Source of the DNA: Pseudoalteromonas translucida KMM 520
GTDB lineage: Bacteria; Pseudomonadota; Gammaproteobacteria; Enterobacterales; Alteromonadaceae
NCBI RefSeq assembly: GCF_001465295.1
Contig: NZ_CP011034.1
Location: forward strand, 2,820,001-2,852,000
DNA: 32,000 bases
Direction: 5' to 3'
Shown here: piece by piece, positions 16,209 to 26,438 of the stretch
Layout: every line of letters begins with the position of its first letter
Numbering within the stretch: position 1 is the first letter of the stretch
Notes under the pieces: generated by a model
What the model saw: only the letters and a program-made list of their open reading frames with translations
The model's database searches: none
What the model was told of the DNA's origin: nothing
Made by a program: the position numbers and the translations under genes

Positions 16209-16754
16209 ATGTCGCAACCATTAAAAATTATTGTGGGCTCTAAAAATCCAGTAAAAATAAATGCTGCTAAGGGCATTTTTAGCATGTATTTTCCAGAGTG
16301 TGACATTGACTGCCAAGGTGTAAATGCCCCCTCGGGTGTGCCTGATCAACCTATTGGTGAAGAGCAAACTCGCATTGGCGCGCAAAACCGAGTGAATTAC
16401 TGCAAAGAGCACTACCAAGCCCACTATTATGTGGCCATGGAAGGCGGTGCAGAGCAATTTAGTTACGGTGCAGCAACCTTTGCCTATGTAGTTATCGATA
16501 ACGCGTTAAATCAAGTTGTAGGACGCAGTAGCAACCTACCTTTGCCGCAAATACTGTATAACGCATTACTTAATGGTGCAGAGCTTGGTGATGTTATGGA
16601 TAAAGCTTTTAATACCACCAATATAAAGCAGCAAGGCGGCGCTATTGGTTTACTCACTAATAACCACGCCACCCGCGAAAGTACCTATACCCAGGCTCTT
16701 ACCTTGGCCATGGCACCTTTTTTACATTCAGCGCTTTATTGCCAAACAAATTAA
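16209..16754 (+). CDS. yjjX: Inosine/xanthosine triphosphatase (non-canonical NTP house-cleaning)
   Basis: The 181-aa protein has the YjjX pattern: NPVKI.A, SGVPDQP.GEE.T..GA.NR, and GAIG.LT....R...Y.QA..LA..PF. Confidence 0.85.
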   Translation: MSQPLKIIVGSKNPVKINAAKGIFSMYFPECDIDCQGVNAPSGVPDQPIGEEQTRIGAQNRVNYCKEHYQAHYYVAMEGGAEQFSYGAATFAYVVIDNALNQVVGRSSNLPLPQILYNALLNGAELGDVMDKAFNTTNIKQQGGAIGLLTNNHATRESTYTQALTLAMAPFLHSALYCQTN

Positions 16755-16767
16755 TTTAGGAAGTTTA

Positions 16768-17442
16768 ATGAAATACAGTTATGTGCTGTTTGATGCAGAC
16801 GAAACCTTGTTTAGATTTGATGTTTTAGCGGGCATGACTCGCATGTTTAAAACATATAACGTAGATTTTAGCCAAGCCGACTATCTTCATTATCAAAAAA
16901 CCAATAAGCAACTATGGGTTGATTACCAAAATGGCGACATTAGTGCCGACTACTTGCAGGTTACTCGCTTTAGCGAATGGGCTACTAAACTAAATGTGCC
17001 AGCAAAAGAGCTTAATGATGCATTTTTAGATGCTATGGCAGCAATATGTGAGCCGCTACCCGGTGCCATAGAGCTGTTAAATAAACTTAAGCCGCACGCT
17101 AAGTTAGGTATTATTACTAATGGTTTTGCCCGCTTACAAACCGTACGCCTTGAGCATACTGGTTTAAAAGATATGTTTGAATGGCTAGTCATTTCTGAAT
17201 TAGTAGGTATAGCTAAGCCTAATAAAGCTATTTTTGACCATACCTTTGAATTAATGGGAAACCCAGATAAAAGCCAAATATTAATGGTTGGCGATACTGC
17301 CACAAGCGATATTTTAGGCGGTAATAATGCAGGCATTGATACCTGCTGGTTACAACACCCAAACGAGCCGTTGCCCGAGGGTATAAAGCCTACCTATACC
17401 GTTACTCATTTAGAGCAGTTACAAAGTATTTTAGAACTGTAG
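16768..17442 (+). CDS. yjjG: HAD-family pyrimidine 5'-nucleotidase
   Basis: The protein starts MKYSYVLFDADETLFRFD (HAD motif I, DxDxT). It continues LWVDYQNG, GIITNGFARLQTVRLEHTGL, ISELVGIAKPNKAIFD and MVGDTATSDILGG, colinear with E. coli YjjG as I recall it. The track start at 16645 overlaps yjjX and is rejected; AGGAAG lies upstream of the ATG at 16768. Confidence 0.9.
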   Translation: MKYSYVLFDADETLFRFDVLAGMTRMFKTYNVDFSQADYLHYQKTNKQLWVDYQNGDISADYLQVTRFSEWATKLNVPAKELNDAFLDAMAAICEPLPGAIELLNKLKPHAKLGIITNGFARLQTVRLEHTGLKDMFEWLVISELVGIAKPNKAIFDHTFELMGNPDKSQILMVGDTATSDILGGNNAGIDTCWLQHPNEPLPEGIKPTYTVTHLEQLQSILEL

Positions 17443-17471
17443 CTACGCACTTAAAGTATTCTTAAATAGGC

Positions 17472-17503
17472 AAAAAAAATGACGCTAATTAGCGTCATTT
17501 TTT
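17472..17503. terminator. Bidirectional rho-independent terminator between yjjG and lpxC
   Basis: A perfect 20-bp palindrome, ATGACGCTAATTAGCGTCAT (17479-17498), is flanked by an A8 run and a T-run. Confidence 0.85.
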
Positions 17504-17523
17504 ATAACTGTGTGAGCAATAAA

Positions 17524-18435
17524 CTAGGCTGGCGCTAATTCAAGGCCGGGTGCAGGCATCGTTACAGGCGTTTCAAAGGTTGCCCACTCCCATGCTGACT
17601 CAGTAGCCATTAATTTACGTAGTAATTTATTATTTAAATCGTGACCCGATTTAAATGCAGTTACTTTACCTAAAATGTTATGACCTGTCATAAACATGTC
17701 ACCAACACAGTCTAATATCTTATGCTTAACAAACTCATCGCTGTAGCGTAAACCGTTTGGATTTAACACTTTAAACTCATCAAGTACTACTGCGCTATCC
17801 ATGCTGCCACCTAATGCTAGGTTATTAGCATGCATATATTCAATGTCTTTCATAAAACCAAAGGTACGTGCACGGCTAATTTCTTCAATAAAGCTTTTCG
17901 TCGTAATATCTAAACCAATACGTTGGCGACTTTCATTGATAGCTGGGTGATCAAAAGCAATTTCAAAGTCGATATGAAAACCATCATACGGTTCTAACTC
18001 GGCCCATTTATCGCCTTCTTCAATACGTACTTTTTCTTTAATACGAATAAAGCGTTTTGCTGCATTTTGCTCTTCAATGCCGCCTTTTTGTAACAAATAA
18101 ATGAATGGTAATGCACTACCATCCATTATTGGCACTTCTGAGCTATCTAATTCTACAATTAGATTATCAATACCCATTGCAGCAACAGCAGCAATAAGAT
18201 GCTCAGTAGTTGATAAGCGAACACCATCTTTGTTAATTAAACAGGTACATAATTGCGTATCACCAACGGCTTCAGGTGTTGTTTCAAAATCAACAACCGG
18301 ATCAAGGTCGACACGACGAAATACAATCCCAGTATTTGCGCTCGCAGGTCGGAGAGTTATTGTGACCTTCTCACCTTTATGAAGTCCAATTCCTATGGCT
18401 TTGACTACTTGTGCAATCGTTCGCTGTTTAATCAT
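17524..18435 (-). CDS. lpxC: UDP-3-O-acyl-N-acetylglucosamine deacetylase
   Basis: It is colinear with E. coli LpxC from MIKQRT, including [32 protein letters not shown] and FKSGH.LNNKLL. The track starts at GTG 18447, but the orthologue N-terminus supports the ATG at 18435. Confidence 0.95.
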   Translation of the reverse strand: MIKQRTIAQVVKAIGIGLHKGEKVTITLRPASANTGIVFRRVDLDPVVDFETTPEAVGDTQLCTCLINKDGVRLSTTEHLIAAVAAMGIDNLIVELDSSEVPIMDGSALPFIYLLQKGGIEEQNAAKRFIRIKEKVRIEEGDKWAELEPYDGFHIDFEIAFDHPAINESRQRIGLDITTKSFIEEISRARTFGFMKDIEYMHANNLALGGSMDSAVVLDEFKVLNPNGLRYSDEFVKHKILDCVGDMFMTGHNILGKVTAFKSGHDLNNKLLRKLMATESAWEWATFETPVTMPAPGLELAPA

Positions 18436-18538
18436 AGGTTCGCTCACTTAAATTCAGTTACAGTTAGACGGCGGATACTAGCATAAATACGCCGCAATTG
18501 CAATATTCGTTCATATTTCAAACGAAATACTGTTTATA

Positions 18539-19789
18539 TTAATCAGCTTGTTTACGTAAAAAAGCAGGAATATCAAAATAATCTCCGCCTTCTGACTTAT
18601 CTGATTTTTTGTTACTTGGCGCTGCAGCACTCGTTGTGCTTTTATTAGCAGTAGATGAAGTTGTTTTTTCGTTACTTTCAACTTGCGTCTTTGCTGTGTT
18701 TTCTTCAGCGCTTGTGCCTTGGCTTGCAAAGCTTGGTACGTACATGCTGCTACTTTGGTTTGAAGTGCTGGCTACATCAGAACCTGATGCTTTTTTAAAG
18801 CCATTATCAACAATGCCAAACTGCGGACGACGATCGCCACCTAAGCCAGTTGCAACTACAGTTACACGTAATTCATCGGTCATTTCAGGATCAATTACTG
18901 CACCTACAACCACAGTGGCGTTTTCTGATGCCAATGCTTTTACGTGGTTACCCACAATTTCAAATTCTTCAATCGCAATGTCCATACCCGCAGTAATATT
19001 AACTAAGATACCTTTAGCACCAGTTAAATCTACGTCTTCTAGTAATGGGCTCGAGATAGCCGCTTCTGCGGCTTCTTGTGCACGATCAGGACCTGATGCA
19101 GACGCTGTACCCATCATTGCAGGACCCATTGCTGACATTACTGTACGTACGTCGGCGAAATCCACGTTGATCAAACCAGAGCGAGTAATTAACTCTGCAA
19201 TACCCTGAACCGCACCAAATAATACGTCGTTAGCTTTAGCGAAGGCATCTAAAAGTGTAGTCCCTTTTCCTAAAACTTTAAGCAGTTTATTGTTCGGAAT
19301 TGTAATAAGTGAATCTACAATTTCTGACAATTCATTAATGCCTTGCTCAGCCGCTGCAGCTCGCTTTTTACCTTCAAAATCAAAAGGACGCGTAACTACT
19401 GCTACGGTTAAAATACCAAGCTCTTTTGCAATTTTTGCCACTACAGGCGCTGCACCAGTACCAGTACCGCCGCCCATACCTGCTGCAATAAATACCATGT
19501 CGGCACCTTCAAGGCTGGCACGAATTGTATCGGCATCTTCTTCAGCCGATTGACGACCTATTTCTGGGTTTGCACCGGCTCCTAACCCTGAGGTTATTTG
19601 CGTGCCTAATTGTACAGTAACGTGCGCTGCTGAGTTACGTAATGCTTGTGCGTCTGTATTAGCAGCAATAAAGCATACGCCTTCAATTTGCTGTTTTACC
19701 ATGTGCTCAACAGCGTTACCGCCGCCGCCGCCCACGCCAATTACTTTTATTACAGCTTCTTCGCTATGTTGTTCCATCATATCAAACAT
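18539..19789 (-). CDS. ftsZ: Cell division GTPase FtsZ
   Basis: It has [18 protein letters not shown], the tubulin signature [13 protein letters not shown] and the C-terminal peptide [14 protein letters not shown]. Confidence 0.97.
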   Translation of the reverse strand: MFDMMEQHSEEAVIKVIGVGGGGGNAVEHMVKQQIEGVCFIAANTDAQALRNSAAHVTVQLGTQITSGLGAGANPEIGRQSAEEDADTIRASLEGADMVFIAAGMGGGTGTGAAPVVAKIAKELGILTVAVVTRPFDFEGKKRAAAAEQGINELSEIVDSLITIPNNKLLKVLGKGTTLLDAFAKANDVLFGAVQGIAELITRSGLINVDFADVRTVMSAMGPAMMGTASASGPDRAQEAAEAAISSPLLEDVDLTGAKGILVNITAGMDIAIEEFEIVGNHVKALASENATVVVGAVIDPEMTDELRVTVVATGLGGDRRPQFGIVDNGFKKASGSDVASTSNQSSSMYVPSFASQGTSAEENTAKTQVESNEKTTSSTANKSTTSAAAPSNKKSDKSEGGDYFDIPAFLRKQAD

Positions 19790-19810
19790 GTTTACTCTCC
19801 GACTTGAGTA

Positions 19811-21043
19811 CTAAAACTCGCCTTGGAACCACTTAGTAATGCGGCTCCATAAATTATTATTCCCTTCTGCTTTCAACTTTTGTGCATTCATTGATTGCAT
19901 GGTACGCCCGTATTGTAACAAACCAACAGCGGTTGCGTACGAAGGATCGTCCACATAGTCTGTCAAACCAACTATCCCAATTGGTTTGCCTATTCTTACC
20001 GGCATTTGGAAAATATCTTCTGCTACTTCCATTGCGCCGGCCATTTTAGCAGTTCCGCCTGTGATAACGAGACCTGCTGCAATTTGGTCTTCTAACCCTG
20101 AGCGACGAATTTCTTCCATTGCTAATTCAAATAATTCTCTAAATCTTGGCTCTACCACTTCCGATAATGTATGACGCGACATTAATCTAGCTGGGCGTCC
20201 GCCTACACTCGGCACTTCTATGGTGTCTTCATTACTGGCCATTTGGCTACTAGCACAGGCGTATTGTACTTTGAGTGCCTCTGCATGTGATATAGGTGTG
20301 CGAAATATTTTTGCTATATCGCCAGTTACTTGGTTACCCGCCACTGGAATAACCGCTGAGTGACGCAGTGCACCATTAATATAAATAGTGATATCCATGG
20401 TGCCACCACCAATATCAAGTACTGCTACTCCAAGCTCTTTTTCATCATCGGTCAGTACCGAGTAACATGAGGCAAGTGCAGTAAAAATAAGTTGGTCAAC
20501 TTCAAGCCCACAGCGCTGTACACATTTTTCGATATTTTTTGCCATATCGTTTGAGCACGTAATAATGTGAGCACGTGCTTCCATACGTACGCCGCTCATA
20601 CCAAGTGGGTTTTTAATCCCTTCTTGCATGTCGATACTGTATTCTTGTGGTAACGCATGCAGCATTTTGCGCTCTGCTGAAATAGGCACAGAGCGAGCAA
20701 TATGAATCACATTTTCAATGTCTTCATCGGTTACTTCGGTGTTGTTAATTGCTACTACACCGCTTTCGTTTTGGCACTGTATGTGCTTGCCAGAGATACC
20801 AAGGTACACTGAGCTAATACGACAATCAGCCATTAATTCCGCCTCGTCTATGGCTCGGCGAATAGACTCAGATACTAAGTTTAAATCGTTTACGCCGCCT
20901 TTATCCATACCTCGGGATATTTGCGTGCCTACACCAACAATACTGAGTTTGTTGTCTGCGGTGATTTCACCTACCGTTGCAATCACTTTTGAGGTGCCAA
21001 CGTCTAATCCAATCACTAGGTTTCTTTCTGCTGACTTAGTCAT
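19811..21043 (-). CDS. ftsA: Cell division protein FtsA
   Basis: It has actin-fold motifs (LVIGLDVGTSKV, VLDIGGGTMDI, GLVITGGTA). It sits between ftsQ and ftsZ, with an ATGA overlap with ftsQ. Confidence 0.96.
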   Translation of the reverse strand: MTKSAERNLVIGLDVGTSKVIATVGEITADNKLSIVGVGTQISRGMDKGGVNDLNLVSESIRRAIDEAELMADCRISSVYLGISGKHIQCQNESGVVAINNTEVTDEDIENVIHIARSVPISAERKMLHALPQEYSIDMQEGIKNPLGMSGVRMEARAHIITCSNDMAKNIEKCVQRCGLEVDQLIFTALASCYSVLTDDEKELGVAVLDIGGGTMDITIYINGALRHSAVIPVAGNQVTGDIAKIFRTPISHAEALKVQYACASSQMASNEDTIEVPSVGGRPARLMSRHTLSEVVEPRFRELFELAMEEIRRSGLEDQIAAGLVITGGTAKMAGAMEVAEDIFQMPVRIGKPIGIVGLTDYVDDPSYATAVGLLQYGRTMQSMNAQKLKAEGNNNLWSRITKWFQGEF

Positions 21044-21819
21044 GCCTTACTCTTATTTTGTAATTGTTCTTCTTGCAATGGCTTAAAGCTGACTGCAAGG
21101 CCAGTATCGTAGCGTAAATCGATTGCATCTATTTGAGCATCTGCACGCTTTTCCATGCGTGGATAAACGTCTATAAAACGCTGTACACGCTTAGCTTTAT
21201 CTTTGCGCCCTAAATTTAAGCGCACTCCGTTATCTAGCCACAACTGCCATGAGAAACGCTCCGACAACGCTAAACTTTTTAACGTTAATGCGTTTACTTT
21301 TAGCATTTCGTCAAATTGCTGAAACGCAATCCATGCTTCTTGCTCACTGCCTTCTGGGCCATATAGTTGAGGTAAATTTTTACTTAACTTATTACTTTTA
21401 GCTTCAAATGCATCGCCGTTTTGATTAAGTAACAAGTCACTATTCCAATGCGCAACAGCGCGGTGCTCAACTACATAAACTTGCAGTGTGTCGGGCCATT
21501 GTTTACGCACCGATACACTTGCAACCCAAGGTAAATCTTGTACCAGTTGCTGTACATGCTTTACATTAAGGTCAAAAAAGCTAGTTAAATCTGCTTTTTT
21601 AATCGCTCTAATAATAGCGATTTCGTCGGTATATTTAGGATTACCCTGCACAGTTAAATGCTTAATTTGGGCATCTTTATTTTCTACCAACCAATCCGAT
21701 ACACCTGTGGTAATTTGCACTAAGCCGATTACCACAGCTAGAAAAAAACTCACCCCAAAAATCAGCGACCAGTTTAGTTGCTGTTTGATTTGTAGCGTTT
21801 TTTCTAAAAGGGGATGCAT
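21040..21819 (-). CDS. ftsQ: Cell division protein FtsQ
   Basis: It has a single TM segment (WSLIFGVSFFLAVVIGLVQI), then a POTRA-like region (HLTVQGNPKYTDEIAI) and a beta-domain, in the expected position. The preferred start, ATG 21819, lies 1 nt after the ddl TAA. The track start at 21849 would overlap ddl by 29 nt. Confidence 0.88.
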   Translation of the reverse strand: MHPLLEKTLQIKQQLNWSLIFGVSFFLAVVIGLVQITTGVSDWLVENKDAQIKHLTVQGNPKYTDEIAIIRAIKKADLTSFFDLNVKHVQQLVQDLPWVASVSVRKQWPDTLQVYVVEHRAVAHWNSDLLLNQNGDAFEAKSNKLSKNLPQLYGPEGSEQEAWIAFQQFDEMLKVNALTLKSLALSERFSWQLWLDNGVRLNLGRKDKAKRVQRFIDVYPRMEKRADAQIDAIDLRYDTGLAVSFKPLQEEQLQNKSKA

Positions 21820-21820
21820 A

Positions 21821-22741
21821 TTAAAGTGTTTGCTCCAAAATGCGAACAACTAATTGCTCAAAACTTGCACCATGTGCTTTTGCCGCCATAGGTACAAGCG
21901 ACTTTTCGGTCATACCGGGTACTGTATTTACTTCTAATAAGTAAAAATTACCTTGCTGATCTTGCATTGCATCTACGCGACCCCAGCCGCTAGCACCTAC
22001 TAAATCAAATGCATCGAGTGCCATTGCTTGTAAGTGCTCGGTATCTGCAGGCGATAAATCTGCCGGGCAATGATACTGCGTGGTAGTTGCTTGATACTTA
22101 GCTTGGTAATCATAAAAACCATTGGGTGTTGTCATTTCGATTACTGGCAACACTTCATCGCCTAATACCGTTATGGTAAATTCGCGGCCACTGATCCACT
22201 GCTCAACGAGTACTTGGCTATCAAACTTAAACGCATTACTAAGTGCATCTTCAAGCTCTTGTGGCGTGTTTGCTTGTGCCATACCAATACTTGAGCCTTC
22301 GTGCGACGGTTTTACCATCACTTTTTTAAATTGCTGCATTATTGCCGCTGCATCAAAGCCTTTTTTGGCATCAACCACGGTATAAGGAGCGGTACTTAGC
22401 CCTGCCGATTTAAATAAATGCTTACAACGCACTTTATCCATAGCCAGTGCTGAGCCAAGTACGTTACTGCCAGTATACGGCAGGTTCATAAATTCAAGCG
22501 CACCTTGCACTGTACCGTCTTCGCCACCACGACCATGCAGTGCAATGAACACTCTATCAATTGCTAACTCATTTAGCTCCCATAACGGGCGTTCTTTAGG
22601 GTCAAAGGCAATGGCGTTTATGCCATGATTTTGCAATGCATTTAACACCGCTTGTCCTGATCTTAATGACACTTCACGCTCTGCTGAGTTCCCCCCTAAC
22701 AGCACCGCTACTTTACCAAACTGCGTGTTTAACTGTGTCAT
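21821..22741 (-). CDS. ddlB: D-alanine--D-alanine ligase
   Basis: It has the ATP-grasp Ddl pattern: [30 protein letters not shown] and LEVNT.PGMT. There is a 4-bp overlap with murC. Confidence 0.94.
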   Translation of the reverse strand: MTQLNTQFGKVAVLLGGNSAEREVSLRSGQAVLNALQNHGINAIAFDPKERPLWELNELAIDRVFIALHGRGGEDGTVQGALEFMNLPYTGSNVLGSALAMDKVRCKHLFKSAGLSTAPYTVVDAKKGFDAAAIMQQFKKVMVKPSHEGSSIGMAQANTPQELEDALSNAFKFDSQVLVEQWISGREFTITVLGDEVLPVIEMTTPNGFYDYQAKYQATTTQYHCPADLSPADTEHLQAMALDAFDLVGASGWGRVDAMQDQQGNFYLLEVNTVPGMTEKSLVPMAAKAHGASFEQLVVRILEQTL

Positions 22742-24189
22742 ACTTCACCTTGTTTAAGTTTTTCTATCGACATACCCGTAGCGGCTAAGGTTTTTACTAA
22801 TTGCCCTATGTTGCCAGCCCCTTGGGTTAATACTAAATCGTTATTTTGTAAGCAATCGGCTAATACGCTTGCCAGCTCTACGCTATTAGCTACGTGGCGT
22901 GGCTCTTTACCGCGCTGGCGTAAACTACGGCATAAGCTTTTACTATCTGCGCCTACAATTGGCTCTTCGCCAGCACTGTATACATCCAGTAGTAACAGCT
23001 GATCAACCTCGGCTAATACTTTTACAAAATCTTCGTACAAGTCGCGAGTACGAGTAAAGCGGTGAGGTTGATACACCATAACTAAACGCTTATCTGGCCA
23101 GCCTTCACGAGCCGCAGTAATAGTGGCGGCTACTTCAGACGGATGATGCCCATAATCGTCAACTAACATTACGCTGCCACGTTCGTTTTCAAACTCACCG
23201 TAGTGCTGAAAACGTCGGCCAATACCTTCAAATTTTTGCAATGCTTCCAAAATAGCGAAATTAGCAATATTTTGATCCTTTGCTACTGCTATAGCTGCAG
23301 TGGCATTAAGTGCATTGTGTTTGCCTGGCATATTTAGCGTTGCTGTTAAGCTCTCGCCTTGTTTATTGGTTACCGTAAACTTGCACGTGTTTGCCGACTG
23401 GCTAAAGTCGCTCATGCGATAATCCGCATCGCTCGACTCGCCATAAGTAATCACCGGGCGACCAAAACGCGGTATAAGCTCGCTCGCGACTTCAGAATCT
23501 ATACACACTACAGCTAGGCCATAAAACGGTAGGTTATGAATAAAATCCACATAGGTGTCTTTCATTTTTTCTAGGCTGCCGCCGTAGGTTTCCATGTGAT
23601 CTTCTTCAATATTAGTGATCACCGATACCATTGGCTGTAAGTGTAAAAATGAGGCATCGCTTTCATCTGCTTCGGCAATTAAAAAATCGCTTTTACCTAC
23701 TTTTGCATTACTGCCGGCACTATTTAACAAGCCACCAATTATAAATGTTGGATCAAGGCCAGCTTGTGCATAAATACTGGCAATTAAACTGGTTGTTGTA
23801 GTTTTACCGTGTGTACCCGCAATAGCTATACCGTGGCGAAAGCGCATTAGCTCAGCGAGCATTTCGGCGCGGCGTACCACAGGTACTCTTGCGGCCTTGG
23901 CGGCTATAATTTCTGGGTTTGTTTCATCAATGGCACTGGAAACAACCACTACATTGGCATCTTTTACGTTATTTTCGTGATGCCCAATAAACACCTCTGC
24001 ACCGGCTTTAATTAACCTGTCTGTCATAGCGCTGTGCGCAATGTCAGAACCGGTAATCCTATAACCTTCAAACGCGAGTACTTCGGCAATGCCGCCCATG
24101 CCTGCGCCGCCAATACCAACAAAGTGGATGGTTTCAATGCGACGCATTGCTGGTCGTGTATATTGCTCTCTTATTGACGTTTGTTTCAC
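22738..24189 (-). CDS. murC: UDP-N-acetylmuramate--L-alanine ligase
   Basis: It has [17 protein letters not shown], the P-loop [11 protein letters not shown] and DDYGHHP, in the expected position. Confidence 0.95.
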   Translation of the reverse strand: MKQTSIREQYTRPAMRRIETIHFVGIGGAGMGGIAEVLAFEGYRITGSDIAHSAMTDRLIKAGAEVFIGHHENNVKDANVVVVSSAIDETNPEIIAAKAARVPVVRRAEMLAELMRFRHGIAIAGTHGKTTTTSLIASIYAQAGLDPTFIIGGLLNSAGSNAKVGKSDFLIAEADESDASFLHLQPMVSVITNIEEDHMETYGGSLEKMKDTYVDFIHNLPFYGLAVVCIDSEVASELIPRFGRPVITYGESSDADYRMSDFSQSANTCKFTVTNKQGESLTATLNMPGKHNALNATAAIAVAKDQNIANFAILEALQKFEGIGRRFQHYGEFENERGSVMLVDDYGHHPSEVAATITAAREGWPDKRLVMVYQPHRFTRTRDLYEDFVKVLAEVDQLLLLDVYSAGEEPIVGADSKSLCRSLRQRGKEPRHVANSVELASVLADCLQNNDLVLTQGAGNIGQLVKTLAATGMSIEKLKQGEV

Positions 24190-25266
24190 TTATGCTCTCT
24201 TATTGGTTACTTGCTCACAGTGCATAGCTACGCTTGCTGTGGCATCTAAAATGGCTTGCTGTTTTGCATTTGCCGCCATTTCTTTAATTAATGAAGGTTT
24301 AGCTAAATATGGGCTTAAAAGCGCAACAATTGATTGTTGATTAAACTGCCCTTGTGGCATTAGTAATGCACCATTTGCCACAACTAAATACTGTGCGTTC
24401 GCTGTTTGATGGTCGTCCACCGCATGCGGAAAAGGTACAAACACAGCCATTTTACCAGCAGCTGCAATTTCACTCACAGTGAGCGCGCCCGAGCGGCAAA
24501 TAACAATATCGGCCCAGCCGTAAGCTGTGTCTATATCATCTATAAATTCAGCCACTTTTGTATTTTTAGCGCTAAATTTATGCGATTTATAAGCAGCTTC
24601 AACACTGCCTAAGTGCCCTTTACCCGTTTGGTGCCAAACACTTATAGCATTGGTATTACCCAGCTCTGCAAACGCAGCAGGCAAAGTTATATTAAGTACT
24701 TGCGCCCCTAATGAGCCGCCTACCACTAAAATATTAATTGGGCTTGATACTTCTCGCACAGCAACATTTGCCACGCTTTCTCGCACTGGATTACCAACTA
24801 ACTCGGCCTGGCCTGCTTCAAATGCACTTGGAAAAGCCGCCAATACCCGATTAGCAAACTTAGCAAGCCACTTATTGCTCATACCGGCAATGGCGTTTTG
24901 TTCATGGATCACCAGCGGAATACCTAAACTTTTAGCTGCAATACCGGTTGGGCCTGTTACATAACCGCCCATAGCGAGTACCACATCGGGCTTTTCGCTT
25001 TTCAATACCTTACGCGCTTGTAATATTGCATTAAGCACCATGAATGGGGCTTTAATAAGACGCTTTATTCCGTTACCACGTACGCCTTTTACATTAATAA
25101 AATTAATATCAATATTATGCTTAGGAACAACCGTTGCTTCCATTCTATCGGGAGTGCCTATCCAGCTTACTTGCCAGCCTTGCTGTTTTAAGTAGTCGGC
25201 CACTGCAATACCCGGAAATATATGTCCGCCAGTACCACCGGCAACTACAACACACTTTTTACTCAT
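24190..25266 (-). CDS. murG: Lipid II-forming N-acetylglucosaminyl transferase
   Basis: It has AGGTGGHIFPG near the N-terminus and the GT28 C-domain (CRSGALTVSE). It abuts the murC start. Confidence 0.95.
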   Translation of the reverse strand: MSKKCVVVAGGTGGHIFPGIAVADYLKQQGWQVSWIGTPDRMEATVVPKHNIDINFINVKGVRGNGIKRLIKAPFMVLNAILQARKVLKSEKPDVVLAMGGYVTGPTGIAAKSLGIPLVIHEQNAIAGMSNKWLAKFANRVLAAFPSAFEAGQAELVGNPVRESVANVAVREVSSPINILVVGGSLGAQVLNITLPAAFAELGNTNAISVWHQTGKGHLGSVEAAYKSHKFSAKNTKVAEFIDDIDTAYGWADIVICRSGALTVSEIAAAGKMAVFVPFPHAVDDHQTANAQYLVVANGALLMPQGQFNQQSIVALLSPYLAKPSLIKEMAANAKQQAILDATASVAMHCEQVTNKRA

Positions 25267-26438
25267 CGCTTAGCTCCACCTGACGTGGCTTGTTTGGTCG
25301 CCATTTTAGTTTCAAAATCAACACGTAATAAAATACCAGCAGCAATTGTCATCATGAGTAAACTCGACCCACCGTAAGAAATAAACGGCAGTGTTAACCC
25401 TTTAGTAGGTAAAATACCCGCACTTGCGCCTACGTTAACCATGGTTTGAAATGCAAACCAAATACCAATTGCCAACGCTAAATAGCCTTCGTATTCTTTA
25501 CCATTTTTAAGCGCATTTTGGCCAATTAGTAAGGCTCTAAACACTAAGGTGCCTAATACTATTAATATGCTCGATACACCAACAAAACCAAGCTCTTCTG
25601 CTATTACCGCAAAAATAAAATCGGTATGTGCCTCGGGTAAGTATTGTAGCTTTTGTACGCTGTTACCTAAGCCTTGGCCAAACCAATCTCCTTGACTGTA
25701 AGCCATTAACGATTGCACTAACTGATACCCTTTGCCAAATGGATCATCCCACGGCTCTAAGAAGCCAATAACCCGCGCCATACGGTATGGTTCAAGTACT
25801 ATTAGCCCGATAACCAAGGCAACGCCGGTTAAAATTAATACAAAAAACTGCCAAAGTTTGGCACCGGCTAAAAATAACAAACCCACGGTAGTTACAAACA
25901 TAACAACCACTGTACCTAAGTCGGGCTGCATTAAAATTAATCCTGCATAAGCCGCAAATACTAGTATTGGCTTAATAAAGCCTTTTATGTTTTCTTGGAC
26001 TTCGCTACGTTTACGCACCAAATAACCTGATATATAACTAAAAAAGAATAACTTAGCCAGCTCAGAAGCCTGAATGTTAAACGGTCCTATGGGTATCCAA
26101 CGAGTTGAACCGTTTACTTCTCGGCCAACAATAAGCACTATAAGTAATAAGCCCAAACCCACTAACAACAAGTACGGATTCGCTTTTTTCCACCAGCTCA
26201 TAGGCACTGAAGTGGTGATCCAAAATAAACAAAACGACAAAGCTAAAAATATACCGTGCCGAATAGTAAAATGATAAATATTACCAAATAATCTGTCGGC
26301 TGTGGGCATAGATGCACTGGTAACCATGACAAAACCCACCCCCATTAACATCAGCATGCAATACAACAATGGTACATCGTAGAGCTGCGCCGAAGGCTTG
26401 GGCGTTAGTGCTTCTTTAATATCGGCAAAAGCCATCAT
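25263..26438 (-). CDS. ftsW: SEDS-family peptidoglycan polymerase / division protein FtsW
   Basis: It is a polytopic SEDS protein (QPSE-like ASELAKL, PDLGT, LPEAHTDFIF, LPTKGLTLPFISYGGSS). The preferred start is the ATG at 26438, which overlaps the murD TGA (ATGA). The track start is 26459. Confidence 0.92.
   Translation of the reverse strand: MMAFADIKEALTPKPSAQLYDVPLLYCMLMLMGVGFVMVTSASMPTADRLFGNIYHFTIRHGIFLALSFCLFWITTSVPMSWWKKANPYLLLVGLGLLLIVLIVGREVNGSTRWIPIGPFNIQASELAKLFFFSYISGYLVRKRSEVQENIKGFIKPILVFAAYAGLILMQPDLGTVVVMFVTTVGLLFLAGAKLWQFFVLILTGVALVIGLIVLEPYRMARVIGFLEPWDDPFGKGYQLVQSLMAYSQGDWFGQGLGNSVQKLQYLPEAHTDFIFAVIAEELGFVGVSSILIVLGTLVFRALLIGQNALKNGKEYEGYLALAIGIWFAFQTMVNVGASAGILPTKGLTLPFISYGGSSLLMMTIAAGILLRVDFETKMATKQATSGGAKR

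Noticed and set aside
16645-16767. A 41-codon 5' extension of yjjG overlapping the yjjX 3' end.
   Set aside because: The orthologue N-terminus (MK..W/Y..FDADETLF) and an AGGAAG SD support the ATG at 16768. The extension has no similarity to anything I recognise.
18511-18729. A 72-aa Lys-rich minus-strand ORF overlapping the ftsZ 3' end and the ftsZ-lpxC spacer.
   Set aside because: It is out of frame with ftsZ, of low complexity, and lacks an SD. It is most likely spurious.
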